A stretch of 43,628 bases of DNA from Atractiella rhizophila (GCA_021432655.1 MU271200.1:1-43628); one strand, 5' to 3'; positions 24,501-37,600 are shown, counted from the stretch's first letter. Notes: a model not told the origin generated them from the sequence alone. Numbers and translations are program-made.

Positions 24501-25920
24501 TTAAGAGAGCATCAATACGCTGCTAGGCGTCAATCCCAACTCTCCAAGGCTCTTTGACATCTCACCAGCCGAGAACACCTTTCTCGGGAAAGGAATAGCT
24601 AAATTGCAGCATCACCAACATCATGAGCGCTATTGAAGAGAACAACGCAAAGAAATCTCTTACAAAACTTGACATCGACGACTCTCATGCCCGTCTGCTC
24701 AGCGACCATATTCGCCAATTGTCCCAGCGTCGTCTCCGCCGGTAAGGTGAAGGTGATTGGCGGAGCGGGATTGGAGGGAGGGAGGCGAATCTGGAGGCGC
24801 GCTTCCCTCGCGTTACTTTTCGGAGCTGCGATTGCGGAGGCTGGTTTGGGAGGCGGAGCGGAAGAGGAGGACGAGGGGAGCTCGCGGCCTTCGCGGAGTG
24901 CTTTCTCTCTGCATATATCGAAGCTGTTGGTTAGATGGAACGGGAAATGGAAAGATGGGAAGGACACACCGAGCTGCTTTCTCGGCTCGTTCCCGCTTGT
25001 CTGCTTCGATCTGTGCCTTCACTCTCGCTTTCGCGGCCGCATCTTCGATTTTTGCTTTCTTTGCAGCAGCTGCGGCTCGTTCTGCCTCTTTTATCTACCA
25101 AAGATTGCCGATCAGACTAGGAAGGAGACTTGTAGAAAGGATGGTAAGACATACCTTGATCTCCTCCCTTAGAGCGCCCATGTCCTGTCCACCCTTCCGT
25201 CGAATGGCTTCGTTCTTCTTCGCATCCTCCGCCTCCTGTTTCGCTTTCAAGGCACGTTTGGCTGCCATCTTCTCGCGTAACTATTATGTCACCATATAAG
25301 TAGGCTTTACACGCGGAACGAAGCTGGAACTCACTTCAGCAAGTTTCTCCTTCTTCTCCTCTTCCGTCAACGGCTTCACCTCCTCTGTGGACTCTTCGAA
25401 TTGATCGTGGCCAGATTTATCACCATGATAAGATGCTAGGGCGGTGTTTCTGTGCACCACAAAATGTCATAGGTCAGAACAAAATATCTTGACTGTCAGA
25501 AGCAGAAGGGATCAAGATGGCCCACCTAAAGATCTTGCCACATTGCAAGCACTTTAACGACTTCGCTTCTCCCCCAGCAGCCTCTCCTGCCAGAGCTTCG
25601 TCCTCGTCGTCGTCATCTTTCTCCTCTTCTTGCGGTTCAGGGTCATCTGCATGTGCAAGCAGCCCTATAGCACACAACCACATCGTCAGCTTTACGCGTT
25701 TCTAACTGCCATTGTTTCAGGAGATCGGGATGTTTACAGTCGAGTGCAGCTTGAGTACCCGAGTTTTTAGTCTAAGCGCAATTGCAAGACACGTAAGTCA
25801 TACGAGACAGGGCACGAATGGTTAGAATGGTACCTGCTTCAACGCTTTCTTCGATTTGGCCTCCGAGAAACCCATCGACGTTAGCTCCTTCAAAGCGAGA
25901 TCGTGCGCTGGATCCGACAT
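24501..25920 (-). CDS. UBA / C2H2 zinc finger / coiled-coil / UBX domain protein (UBXN1/SAKS1-like)
   Basis: LTSMGFSEAKSKKAL (UBA), AKSLKCLQCGKIFR...YHGDKSGHDQFEESTEEVKPLTEEEK, AQIEADKRERA, EARLQIRLP, FPRKVF...SLGELGLTPSSVL (UBX). Confidence 0.86.
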
Positions 25921-26131
25921 CTTGTTCTTTCTTTCGTGCGTTCTACAACTTCTTCGTCGTTTACACACCCTAGCTTTCTTGCCGCCTTGATTCCTTGTCC
26001 GCGACTTCTTTGTACGAGCAAAAGTCCAAAAGAGGAAATGTCAGCCCAACTTTGGTGACCACACGTGACCAGTGTACCGTCGCGATTTCGACCATCACTG
26101 CTCATTTCAGATTTGCTGAAACTTTTCAAAA

Positions 26132-27580
26132 ATGGCATACAAAGGTATCAATTGCGCACCTAAACTTGTGCATGCCTCTTTCTTTCCTCTCACTCGCCAG
26201 CTCCCCCGTGCACCTCTTCGCGCGTTCTCCGGCTCTACATCTTCACGCGCGGGACCTCCTCCACCCAAATCAGACGCTCAAGACAACAGGATATACGTCT
26301 CCTCATCCTCTTCTTCTCCAGACACGAAGAACCTCAACCTTTCTTTCCTCTCCGATAAAAACGCGGTCTCAAGTGCCTTTCTTAATGCTTTGCTAAAATG
26401 TTGTGAAGACGTGAAAGCGTCCGAGTGTGTCTTTCTTTTACGATGCCAATACTTATTAGCCAGAATATAGTGGATTTATTGCTAATTTTGTATGGATGGA
26501 CGGAGGGAATAGGGATACGAGAGCAGTGTTTCTCAGAAGCGACCACCCCAAGATCTTCTGTGCGGGTGCCAATTTGAAGGAGAGGCTGGGGATGAGCCGT
26601 ACCGAGATCCTCTCCTTCCTCGACCTCTTCCGTCGCACCCTCAACTCTCTCGAATCCATACCTGTACGCTAACCTCCTCCCTTTCTTTTGCATTTTCACG
26701 GTTTGCCGTCCGAGCCTGTTATTTCTGCTTCTGTGGATCGTGATAATTCTTGGTCATGGATAACTTGTGCTGATACTCCCGTGATCGATGGATGGATAGG
26801 TACCGACTTTCGCTTTGATTGAAGGAGCTGCTCTCGGTGGTGGCTTGGAAATTGCACTGGCTTGTGACTTCCGAGTGTCCAAGTCCTATCCATCCCCCTC
26901 TTCAGACGGAGGATCCAAATCCCCGATCCTCATCGGTCTACCAGAAACGAAGCTAGCCATTATACCAGGGTAGGTCGTTGACTCCGTCCACATCGTCTTT
27001 TCCTCCTTAACGACTCACTGGACGGCTGAGATTGAGTTATGTGTAGGGCTGGAGGCACACAACGTCTTCTTCGCCTCATCGGTCCGTCGAAATCGAAGGC
27101 GCTCATATTCGAAGGACGACGGTTGGACGCGTTGAAGGCTTACGAGTTGGGAATTGTGGATTATTTGGCAGAGGGTGAGGAGACGGTGGAAGAGAGGGCG
27201 GGGAAGGCGGTACAGGCGATGGTAGATGCTGGTACGCTCGTCCTCTTCATCCTTGTTCTCCAGCTTCTAGTACAACTGCAAGCTGGAGCTTGGATCTTGA
27301 AAGAGAAAGATAGAGCTAATTGGTGGGTTAATAGGTCCCGTAGCTTTGAAGGCTGCTAAAGGAGCGATAAATGAAGGAATGGAGTTGGGCGACCTGTTTG
27401 TCCTCCATCCTTCTCGTTTTCTATTAAACTCCATGTTCACTACTTTTGTGGATGTGTAATAGGGACGAGGCGCTCGACGTTGAGCGCAAGTTCTACGAGC
27501 AGGTGCTCGACACACAGGATCGGGTGGAAGGCTTGAAGGCGTTCGTAGAGAAGAGGAAGCCAGAGTATCGAGGCGTCTAA
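26132..27580 (+). CDS. Mitochondrial enoyl-CoA hydratase / methylglutaconyl-CoA hydratase (AUH-like)
   Basis: Basic presequence-like N-terminus; [84 protein letters not shown]. Confidence 0.86.
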
Positions 27581-28705
27581 TCCATTCTCCCATTCTCCAT
27601 GGCTGCTGAGAAACGAAGAACATTGATGTAATACAATGCACGTTCAAAATGGCTCTGATTGCGTATTCTAGTTCCTATGCCTATGAATGAAGACGAGGCT
27701 GACCTCGATCCATATCAATAGAGTAGTCATGGTATCTGTACGGTAATTTCAGCCGTTTCACGCTGGCAATAAGCGAACGCAATGAATCGTAGTCCAAGGT
27801 CCTTTCTCTGCTCAATGTTGATGTGTTGAGAGACGAACGATGATTTGTTCAATCTGAGTGTAAGGCAGATTTGGCAGACTATCTCATTTTTCTCGTATCG
27901 ACGGTGTCGGCTGTTGTATGCTTCAGGAAAGTCGAGATCGATGAAGCTGATCATTCTGGAGCTCAAATGACCAACTGTCAGCTTGTCGTTGTCGTTCAAT
28001 CAGACGACCTTTCTCCTATCTTGTTCACCTGCCCATCAGAATCCATGAGAGATGCTTTTGAGCACCCAATGTTCGAAGAGCGAAGAAGGAACTTGAAGCA
28101 TTACGTAACGGCTGAATCCACTCTCGCAAATAACCTATCCTTGTTCCTTGCTTGTTGCAAAAATAGGCAAAGCAGCGTCAAGCTGGACTGGGTGGAAAAG
28201 ACGAGTCAATCCCAGACGAATGGAAAGGTCATTCGCTGACCCCTATCTCTTTCGATTTCGATTTGATACGCTCACGCGTCGGTGAAAACATGCGGAGATG
28301 TGCGTGCTTTTCAAACGCTTGCTGCATCTGCCACTTGAATCGCGTTGAGTGCTGGGCATGCTGTCGGGTCCTCAGGCTGGGACGGTCAATAAGGGGTTTG
28401 TTTGGAGCTCCTTGCATGTGGAATCTGAATGAAGAGGCTGCATTGGTTTCGGTTCGGTGAATGAATCATTGCCACCACTAGCAAGATTTTTAAGGACCAT
28501 CCGAGGGTCGCTCAGTAAGCCAAGGAGGTGTACCAGAAAGCTGCTCTGGTGCTGTGCTCAGTCTGGGACTCAGTAAAGGTCAGTGTCAGGGGAATCGTGA
28601 CCGCCCGCGAAGGAGTCGATCGCTAAAAAGCACCCTTCGAACGACCACCTTGTTCCTCTTTTTTTCGCCTTTTTTTCTCTTTTTTCCTCAAGAAGAAGGA
28701 GGACG

Positions 28706-31700
28706 ATGAACTCTTCCCCTCCCCCTTCTCTCACCTTCTCCCCGTCCCCTTCCCCTTCCGCAACCACAGCCGCTTCTGCCACGACCCCAGACCTGATCAA
28801 CCCCAGCGCGATCCGCAGGAAACCATCGGCCAACGCTCCCTTGCTTCTCCTCTCGAATTCACCCATTCCTGAACACGACGACGTCAACATCGCCGTCGGG
28901 AATGGAATCGGGAGCGTTGTGAGGAATGGCCCCGTCCATGGTATCATTGGGATGGGAAATGGCACCAGCGCAGGCGTGCACCCTGGCGAACTAGAGAGTC
29001 CAGACAGGGATGAACTCGCTATTGGTGGCGTATGGAATTGGGGAGAGACCTCCTCCAACTCCACTGGCAGTCGTGAGAGCCTCAGAGGACACTGTGCGTT
29101 CTTTTCCTTGTCAATTGCGCGAAATTAAGTCGGGTTGGCATGGAAAGATGCGTTGATCGAAAAGGAACGAACGCAGTGGTTAGCCCCGAACGATCTCATG
29201 GGAGGCTCGACTTCCTCCATCGGAACGACCGCCACGGGAATCGGGATGGGCAGTGGTCACGTGAGATCTTTGAGATCCGCAGGTGGGAGGGAAGGAGACG
29301 AGATGGACGAGGCCTCGTCCATCTCTTCTTACCGCGAAAAGAACACGTCTCCGTCTGGAATCGGAGGGATGCGTCACACCCCTTCGCTCGGTGGATCGAT
29401 CGGTGTGACGAGATCGAACTCGAACGGATCGCTCAATGGCAGGATGGCCTCCGTGGGATTCGACGGATTGTTGATGGGAGGAATAGGGGCAGGAGCGGTG
29501 GGAGAGAAGACAGGAATGCAGCAGTCCGGTCAGCAGCAGCAGACGCAACCACAGCCACATCTACAGCAATCAGTGCAGCAAAATTCTCAAGGCAGTCTCC
29601 AACAACACCCCAATCAAATCAACACTCAGATGCAACCGCAACTTCAACACCAACTCAACCACCAACAGCGAATCCCCTCCTCCAACTCCAACTCGAACAA
29701 CAACTCCCCAACCCGTCAAACTCCCGTCAACCAACACCAAATCCACGATTCCCACCTCCCCACACTCGACCCCCCGAACTCTGCCTCGTCACATGCTCAG
29801 CTCTCCGCTCCGCTCCCCCAACAGTCAGCTAGCACGGATTCGCTCGACCCTCCTTCATCCGAAGCGTCCTCCCAGCCCTCCGGTCTCTCTACGGGAACCG
29901 GAGGAACAGGAGGAGCGGGACAGAGCAGGTCGAGCAGCACGTTGTGGATGGGAGACCTTGAACAGTGGATGGATGAGAATTACATAAGGAAATGCTGCGT
30001 CGCCATGCAGTGGGTCATCCCTGCTGAAGCTGACAGAGTCATTATCAAAGTTATCAGGGGCTCGAGGTCTGTTTCCGTCCACTTCCCTTCTCTTGCGCTT
30101 TAGCTCAGTATGCTGTTGATAGCCCTTCTTCTGGTTACTCTTTCCTTACCTTTCCCAATCCACAACACGCCCAAGCTGTGCTTGCTCGTTTCTCTCAGGC
30201 ACCGCCAACGCTCATGCCTAATTCGACTAGGACCTTCAAGCTCAACTGGGCGACGGGTCTTCCTGGTGTTCCACCCAAATGGGAAGGAGAATGGAGCGTC
30301 TTCGTAGGCGAAATTGCAAGGGAAGTGGGGGAAGCGGAGCTCGTGGTACGTTCTATCCCTACCTACGTGTATCTTGCTGTCTTGCACCTTCCACTGACCC
30401 GTCTTCGGTTTAGGCACTCTTTTCTGCCCTTTTCCCATCCACCAAATCAGCCAAAATCATGTGCGATCCCTCTACTGGTCTCTCGAGGGGCTATGGCTTC
30501 GTTCGGTTCGGAGAAGAGAACGATATGAAGCGGGCCTTGATCCTCGGAGGAGCTGGAGGTGGCGGTGGAACGGGTTTAAGCCTGAGAGGGAGAACGTTGA
30601 GGATCAGCGAAGCGAGTGGCAGCAGTGGAACCGCCTCGAGGAGCGGGAGCACGAGCGGACCGTCTGCCGGTGGTGGCTCCAACGTCCACACTCCCAGTTT
30701 GGGAGAAGGTGGCTTACTCGGGATATCACCCAGTCAAGCCTCGTCGGCATTACCTAACCTCGGATCGATGTCCACTTTGCAGGTTCAGCAACCCCTGCAG
30801 CAACAGCAACACCAACTTCAACAACCAACTGTAAGCGTTGGGCTCGCTACATTGGGCGGGTTCCCGAATACTAACTCTCCTGCCACTTTGCAACAACACC
30901 AACAGCAGCCTTTGAACCTCGCCCATTCCTCACCCATGGTTAACTCGCCTCAGTTCTTCAACAACAGTCCTAACCCTTCCTCTCTCCTCGGTAGCCCTAA
31001 TGTCAATCTCGGTGGTGCCCCTCAGCTCAATCCTGGTAGACTGAGCAGACTTAGCCAATTAAACCAACACCAACTTGGACAGCTTGGACATCAACTTGGC
31101 GCACAAGGCCTTGGAGGACTGAATCAGCAAACTTTGGCCGCACTCGGAGGAGGGATGGGAGGTGTGAATCAAGGATTGGGCATGGGAGGTGTAGGCGGAT
31201 TGCCAGGAGGGATGGGATTGGGAATCGGAGGAGGGATTCAAAATCAGTCCCCAGGGGGGATGTCGCTTCTTCAACAACAGCTCGACTTCTTGGCTCGCTC
31301 CGGACAGATCCATCATAACTCTCCCAACATCCCACAAACTCAACACAACCAGATGCAACATCAACAACAGCAGCTCAATAACAATGACCCTTCGACTCAA
31401 CTCACCCAGATCCTAGCCCAAGCTGTCGCAGGGGGAACGAACCCCGTGATCCTTCAGACTCTCCTTCAGACTCTTGCTAGCGCTGCGGGAGCGAACCCTC
31501 ATTCGAACGATCCAAATAACACTACGGTCTTTGTTGGTGGGTTACCCGCCTGCATCAGCGAAGAGACACTCAAGGTCAGCCTTAATTCTTTGCTTCATTC
31601 CCTCATTTAGATCTGAATGCGCTCCTGGGATTGTAAACAGAGCTTCTTCCAGCATTTTGGAGAGATCACCTACGTCAAGATTCCTCCCAACAAGGGATGT

Positions 31701-32981
31701 GGATTCGTTCAATTTGTCCGCCGACAAGATGCTGAGATGGCGATTGCGAAAATGCACGACTTCCCTATCCACGGAAAATCTCGAATCCGTCTTTCCTGGG
31801 GAAGAAGCCAGAGCGACAAGCAAGTCGAGCACGTCAAGAAACTCGCCAGCGCACTTCACGTACCTGTGGAGAACGTCTGGAGGATGGTTCAAGGACAGGA
31901 TAATGCGACGATCAAGCAGATTGCGGCGATGGCGAATATGCTCGGGAACGTCAGCTCTGCAACCCCGTCTCCTAGCATGGGTCAAATCCATCAGTCTCCT
32001 GCACTCGCTGGACCTGCTGCTGCTCTCCAGAATCGGGAATTCAATCCAGGTCGAAGGCTCACTGAACCCAATCTTGGGAATCCCCAGTTCTTCAATCGTG
32101 CGGATAGTAGCCCTCTCAATCAGGCGCCGATGACGATGGATGATCTTGCGAGATTAGAGGCATTTCAAGGCGGCCTAGATGCAGATGCTTTGAACAGGTC
32201 AAGCTTCGGCCCCATCCGTCATGGAAGTCTGGATGTTGGGTTGGGAGGAGCATCGAGCCTTAGGATGAATGAATTTGGCCTTCACGGTGGCCAGCCCACA
32301 TCTGCTTCTTCGGCTTTACCCTTGTTGCCCACTCATTCTTCAGGCGGCATTCAGTCAGGAGGATCAAACAACGATCCCTTTGCGAATCTGCAAAACGTCC
32401 ATGCCCTCAACGAGAGGCCAGAGTTGAAGCAACAAAACTCTCAGCACTCATTGTCAGCACGGACCACCAGCCCTTATGCTCTACAGGCAGAGTTCACAGG
32501 GAGCAGTTCTGGATCGAGCACATTGGAAAAGCGAGTCGCACAGAAAAATCTGGGACTCGGTCTTGGCCTTTTGGACGATTACCACCAACCAGTTCTTCAC
32601 TCTAGGTCGATGCCCAGCCTCAATTCTGGCGTCAACGGCCCAAACGCCAGCGGACCACCAAGTATTGAAGAGTCTTTTGCTCGTTTCAGTCTGACAAATA
32701 GTAACTCGAGCAACTTCTCTCCCTCCGTCGATAGCCTCAGGCAAATATCGCCCGAGGAACCCGCTGATGGGTTTTTGAACACGCCTGCGTTCTCCAACTC
32801 GAGGAGTCACTCCGACCTCAGGTCTTCGAGGATGCCCTCTAATTCCAACCTAGCAAGCGGATTGGACGAACCTCGAGGGTACATTCCTAGGAGCCTCGAC
32901 CCTAACAACAACGCAAATGCGAACCCAAACGCAAACAACGCGAGCTCGAATGAATGGGGACAATACTTCAGGGACTCCTAA
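28706..32981 (+). CDS. Nam8/Ngr1/Csx1-family triple-RRM RNA-binding protein with long Q/G/S/N-rich regions
   Basis: STLWMGDLEQWMDENYIR, FKLNWA, SVFVGEIA, SAKIMCDPSTGLSRGYGFVRF, DPNNTTVFVGGL, VKIPPNKGCGFVQFVRRQDAEMAI, RIRLSWGRS. The start codon is less certain than the RRM core. Confidence 0.86.
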
Positions 32982-33783
32982 GTCGAGCTCGACAGAAAAT
33001 ACGCTCAGCCTCTCCGAGCAAAAGTCGCAGCTATCGCAAATCTCCTTTCAGTTTCAAGGAGAATCGAAAAGAATACAGTATGAAATTATCGCGAGTTTGT
33101 TTGTTTAATCTATGCTCGCATTTGCAGCTACTCGTCTCAGTCCTGTGTTACGAAGTCCCTTTCTTTATGTTTCCGAATCTGTTGGTTTCTATAACGAATC
33201 CTTACACCGGCCTCAGTTACTCTCTTCTTTCGGAACAGCTGTCATCCTTACTTCTCTCAGCCAAACCTCAGGCCCTGGTCTGGCTGAATTCAGTTCGCAT
33301 TTGCATTCCGCTCGCCTCTGAGGCGGTAACGAGGCTTGCAAATAATCAGCGCTTAACCGCAAACAGTTTCATTGCTCCTCATTGGTCTCAATACTATTAC
33401 CTCAACTTTCGAAGTGCTCTTCAAAGGTCTTTCCCTTCTTGATTAAAACAAATTACCGTTTTCAATTACAATAGTCTTGTTTCCGTTCCCTTCAACCGTA
33501 TTAGTGATCTATATATCCCCCTCAATTGTTCCAACAGTCTGTTTCAGTTCTTCATCCCTCCAAAGAGAAAAAAAAATAAAAACATATCCTCCATACCTCT
33601 TCTCCCACCATCCCATTTCTCGCAGCTATTTCGCATTCCTATTTGTCTCCTAGAGTCTTCGAATCCATTTACCTTTCTCAATCAGTCCCTCAGTTTTCTT
33701 CATAAGTTTTCAGTTTGGTTTCTAGGTGTTTTCTCAATACCTTACAGTAAACCCCTTCCTTTGGCATTGCCCTCTTTCTTCTC

Positions 33784-34196
33784 TTTTTTCTTCCACCTCC
33801 CATCCGTCATCCTCCGCCCCTTCGAACTAAACAAGTGGATATCCCTTGAAGTTCCCTAGCACTCAGTTCCGATGTTGCCAGCGCGTTTTCAGATGCCCGG
33901 CAGATTGTCTTGCAATGCAATCCATATTATATAGCTCGTCAGGATCCAACAATTTCTTGAGCTGTTGTGAATTGAAGTACCCAAATCAGCCAACTCAAAA
34001 CCTTATCTCATTGCATAACGAAATCACTTTCTCAACCTCACACACTGCAGTGTCTTGATACTGCTCACAAAGCAGCAGAACTTCAAACAATTCAAGCCGG
34101 GTGAACTTGTAGAGTGATACGCAGTTACCTGATTTAGGAGGAGATAACAGGGTTTTATTCGTCGAAAGGTACGTGTCTATGCGTTTGACTTACTCA
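33784..34196 (+). repeat. Direct repeat X, copy 1
   Basis: First ~150 bp are near-identical to 34923-35074 (TTTTTCTTCCACCTCCCATCC...CCATATTATATAGCTC); alignable with indels up to GACTTACTCA. Confidence 0.9.
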
Positions 34197-34922
34197 AGGG
34201 TCCCGTGTCCGTGTTTTGTCTTCCTTTCAAATCCAGTTATTTTATATCTCGATATTATTATAAAGCCAGAGATTTTGCACCCTGTGGTCTGGTGCAGAGC
34301 GCTGTGTCTCGAACCAGTATTCTGAAGGTGATGATGAAGTGGATTGGTTGCGTCGTGATGATATTGTCCACCTCGTCATACCTTGTAGTCCCGTGACTGA
34401 CGAAACCGTTTCTGTGCTATATAAGCACATTTTGGTGATGAGGTACTTATTTGCGTGAGAGAGAACACTTTTACTGGCGGTTGCCCTCTTTCCAAGCGAC
34501 TGTCGTCTATACGATAGATACTCTAGGTGCTCAGTGTTTACTGTACCATAAAGTAAAGTGCAAATGTATGACACGAGAAAGTGGGCAACAGGCGGACAAG
34601 ATTGCTTCACTGCAAGAGGGCTCATAGAGCAGATGTGGTAAGAATGGAATGACATGGATATGGCTGAAAAATTGAGTTGGGCTCTTTTCTAACAAACTTT
34701 GCGTTCTGATGTAACTCGCCGGACGTACTATTAGGAGGGTGAACAAAATGGAGATTTCTTTCACTTCTGCTAACACATTTCTCACAAAATTGTATACCTA
34801 ATGCTCCCGCCTTCTCACTTGTTCTTCTGCTGAAAATCGGCCCAGGCAGCCTCAACTTCATCATTCAACCTGGCCACCGCATCCAAGGTCTCCACATCTC
34901 CTGGCGTCAGATCAAATTTTTA

Positions 34923-35371
34923 TTTTTCTTCCACCTCCCATCCGTCATCCTCCGCCCCTTCTAACTAAACAAGTGGATATCCCTTGAAGTTCCCTAGCAC
35001 TCAGTTCCGATGTTGCCAGCGCGTTTTCAGATGCCCGACAGATTGTCTTGCAATGCAATCCATATTATATAGCTCTTCTTTGGATCCGTTCTGAATTGAA
35101 CTTTTCGCAGCGCTGCCTGACGACGAAGTACCTTCATCAGCCAGACAAACCTGATCTCATTGCAGAACCAAAGTCGACTTCATCCTCAACCTCACACTTC
35201 AATCTAGTCAGCTCCACTGTGTTGTCTTGACACTGCTCACAGAGCAGCAGAACTTCAAACAATTCAAGTTGTGTAAAGTGATACGCAGTTACCTGGTTTA
35301 GGAGGAGATAACAGTGTTCAGGGTTTCATTCGTCGCGAAAAGGTACACGTCCATACCTTTTGACTTACTCA
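34923..35371 (+). repeat. Direct repeat X, copy 2
   Basis: See copy 1; shared blocks include CTGCTCACA.AGCAGCAGAACTTCAAACAATTCAAG and GTGATACGCAGTTACCTG.TTTAGGAGGAGATAACAG. Confidence 0.9.
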
Positions 35372-35500
35372 GATCTTTGACAAGCCGAATTTTGTTTTCG
35401 CAATGAAAAGCCCGAGGTCCAAAGGGATGAGACTTAATGTGCGCTAGCGGTTCGAGATGATACGACATCTGCCCTCCTATGACAGTGTGAGAAGCTTCAG

Positions 35501-36487
35501 GAAAGCTTCTGCGCACACCGTGTCAGAAAGAAAATGTTCCAAGAGAGACTTACAAACCTGCTTATCGAGTTGTATCTGAAGAAATTCCCCAAGTATTGGT
35601 TCTGGTTTGAGAGCTCCTTACCGTGACGCCAATGGGTCCTCATTTATTTGCCTTTTATAGCTTCATAATTTCGTTGCAGGATGAAAGGAAAGACAAGGCC
35701 AAAGACAAGGCAAATCCATCATAGAAACCACCTGCAGGCCCTTTCGAGTGCGGTCACAAGGGTAAAACGAGTCTAATTTGCGTACTGCATGTAGGTGTTA
35801 CATGTTGCCCACTCAAGTCAAGCTTGAAGTCTACCAACAACTAGTCTACGTAGACTTGCTATCACGGTCGCCCTTGTTTCCTCATCTCTATTTCTACAAA
35901 CAATCGTCTAATAGGGTGTCCAAAAAACAGACGCAAATCACTCACGAGATACTGAAAACGACAGGTTGTTGTTGCACTGATATACAATGATACCGGTTTG
36001 TTATCGACGAGTCAACTTTTCTATCAAAATGCAATTACGGAAACTGTCGCATCGGCCCTTGAGTGAGTCAAAAAGCCTACTCTCTTTGTCAATTAATGTC
36101 TATACAGATTTCAGGCTTGCCAAAGCGGCTATGGTATTTGACGTCCTTGAAATGGCCAGCATTCCAGCTTGTTTTGGGACAACAATCGCTTTAAATTTCC
36201 ATCTGGTTCCTCAGGTTCCTTCTGTATGTCGTTCAAAGTAAGCACATCGTTATTTTGAGTTTTCGAACAGTTTTACGATATACTCCTTCCCGAAACGCAC
36301 ATGCCGCGTGCCCAACAACTCCTTGTCGCCAGCAAATATTTCCGTCACACTCCACCTGGGACAAAATTCAGTCAAATGACATATACCGCTGACGCTTCAG
36401 GCTCTGAGGCTATTTTCCAGCCATATCCTCACATACAATATCAAGCGGATGACGTCTTCATCCGACTCCTCCCCTCCGACACTTTAT
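35501..36487 (+). repeat. Tandem ~1 kb duplication unit Y, copy 1
   Basis: Colinear with 36514-37600, from GAAAGCTTCTGCGCA and ACCTGCTTATCGAGTTGTATCTGAAGAAATT through CCCTCCGACACTTTAT, with scattered substitutions and indels. Confidence 0.92.
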
Positions 36488-36489
36488 AA
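35987..36489 (+). pseudogene. 3'-truncated copy of the unknown gene at 37101-38081
   Basis: Same exon/intron layout and peptide (FRLAKAAMVFDVLE..IPACFGTTIALNFHLVPQVPS / FYDILLPETHM.RAQQLL...) but ends at LLPSDTL-TAA at the duplication breakpoint. Confidence 0.72.
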
Positions 36490-36513
36490 GCTTTAATCGA
36501 TCTTGCAACGGCC

Positions 36514-37600
36514 GAAAGCTTCTGCGCAACGACGGTCAGGATGGGTCTGGGGATTGAAGCCATGATGCTGAATTATGGTTCGTTCTAAGAAAGACCTGAA
36601 GACCTGCTTATCGAGTTGTATCTGAAGAAATTCTCCAAGTATTGATTCTGGTTTGAGAGCTCCTTACAGTGAGGCGAATGTGTCCTCATCTTTGCCTTTT
36701 ATAGGTTCATAATTTCGCTTCAGAAGGCAAGAGCAAAGACAAGGCAAATCCATCAAAGAAGCCACCTGCAGGCCTTTTGAGCGCGATTGCAAGGGGTAAA
36801 ACAAAGACAAGGCAAATCCATCAAAGAAGCCACCTGCAGACCTTTTGAGTGCGATTACAAGGGGTAAAACAAGTCGAATTTGCGTATTGCATGTTGGATT
36901 ATACGTATTGTTCTTGCCCACTCAACTCAAGTTTGAAGTCTACCAACAACTAGTCTACCCAGCAGGCTTGCCATCACTGTTGTCCTTGTATCCTCATCTC
37001 CATTTTCAAAAACGACCATCTAATAGAGTGTCCAAACAACAGACGCAAATCACTACCACGAGATACTGAGAACCGCGCGTTGTTGTTACATCGATATCCA
37101 ATGGTACCAGTGTTTTATCGACGAGTCGGCTTTTCTATCAAAATGCAATCACGGAAACTGTCGCATCGGCCCTCGAGTGAGTAAAAAAGACTGCTCTCCT
37201 TGTTAACCAATGTCTATACAGACTTCAGGCTTGCTAAAGCGGCTATGGTATTTGAAGTCCTTGAAACGGCTGACATTCCGGCTTGTTTTGGGACAACAAT
37301 CGCTTTAAATTTTCATCTGGTTCCCCAGGTTCCTTCTGTATGTCGTTCAACGTAAGCACATCGATGTTTAAGCTTTTGAATAGTTTTACGATATACTCCT
37401 TCCGGAAACGCACATGCTCCGTGCCCAGCAACTCCTTGTAGCCAGCAAATATTTCCGTCACACTCCACCAGGGACAAAATTCAGTCAAATGTCATATACC
37501 GCTGACGCTTCAGGCTCTGAGACTATTTTCCAGCCGTATCCTCACATACAATATCAAGCGGATGACGTCTTCATCCGACTCCTCCCCTCCGACACTTTAT
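36514..37600 (+). repeat. Tandem ~1 kb duplication unit Y, copy 2
   Basis: See copy 1; this copy continues into the full-length gene. Confidence 0.92.
36734..36870 (+). repeat. 68-bp tandem duplication
   Basis: CAAAGACAAGGCAAATCCATCAAAGAAGCCACCTGCAG...AAGGGGTAAAA starts at 36734 and at 36802; the copies differ by three transitions. Confidence 0.92.

Noticed and set aside
26735..26777. Words resembling 18S rRNA (CATGGATAAC, TAATTCT) in the AUH-like intron
   Set aside because: Short, sense orientation, out of order and without C/D boxes.
27727..28460. Several 60-120 aa ORFs between the AUH-like and Nam8-like genes
   Set aside because: No domain similarity or coherent exon structure; probably promoter or intergenic sequence.
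37106..37122. 17-nt exact match ACCAGTGTTTTATCGAC shared with ~42883-42899
   Set aside because: No flanking similarity; one such match is plausible by chance in 43 kb.
37243..37488. Minus-strand ORF in unit Y considered as a viral or transposon relic
   Set aside because: It is antisense to the spliced plus-strand gene, whose frame and splice sites are conserved in both copies, whereas this frame is broken in Y1.
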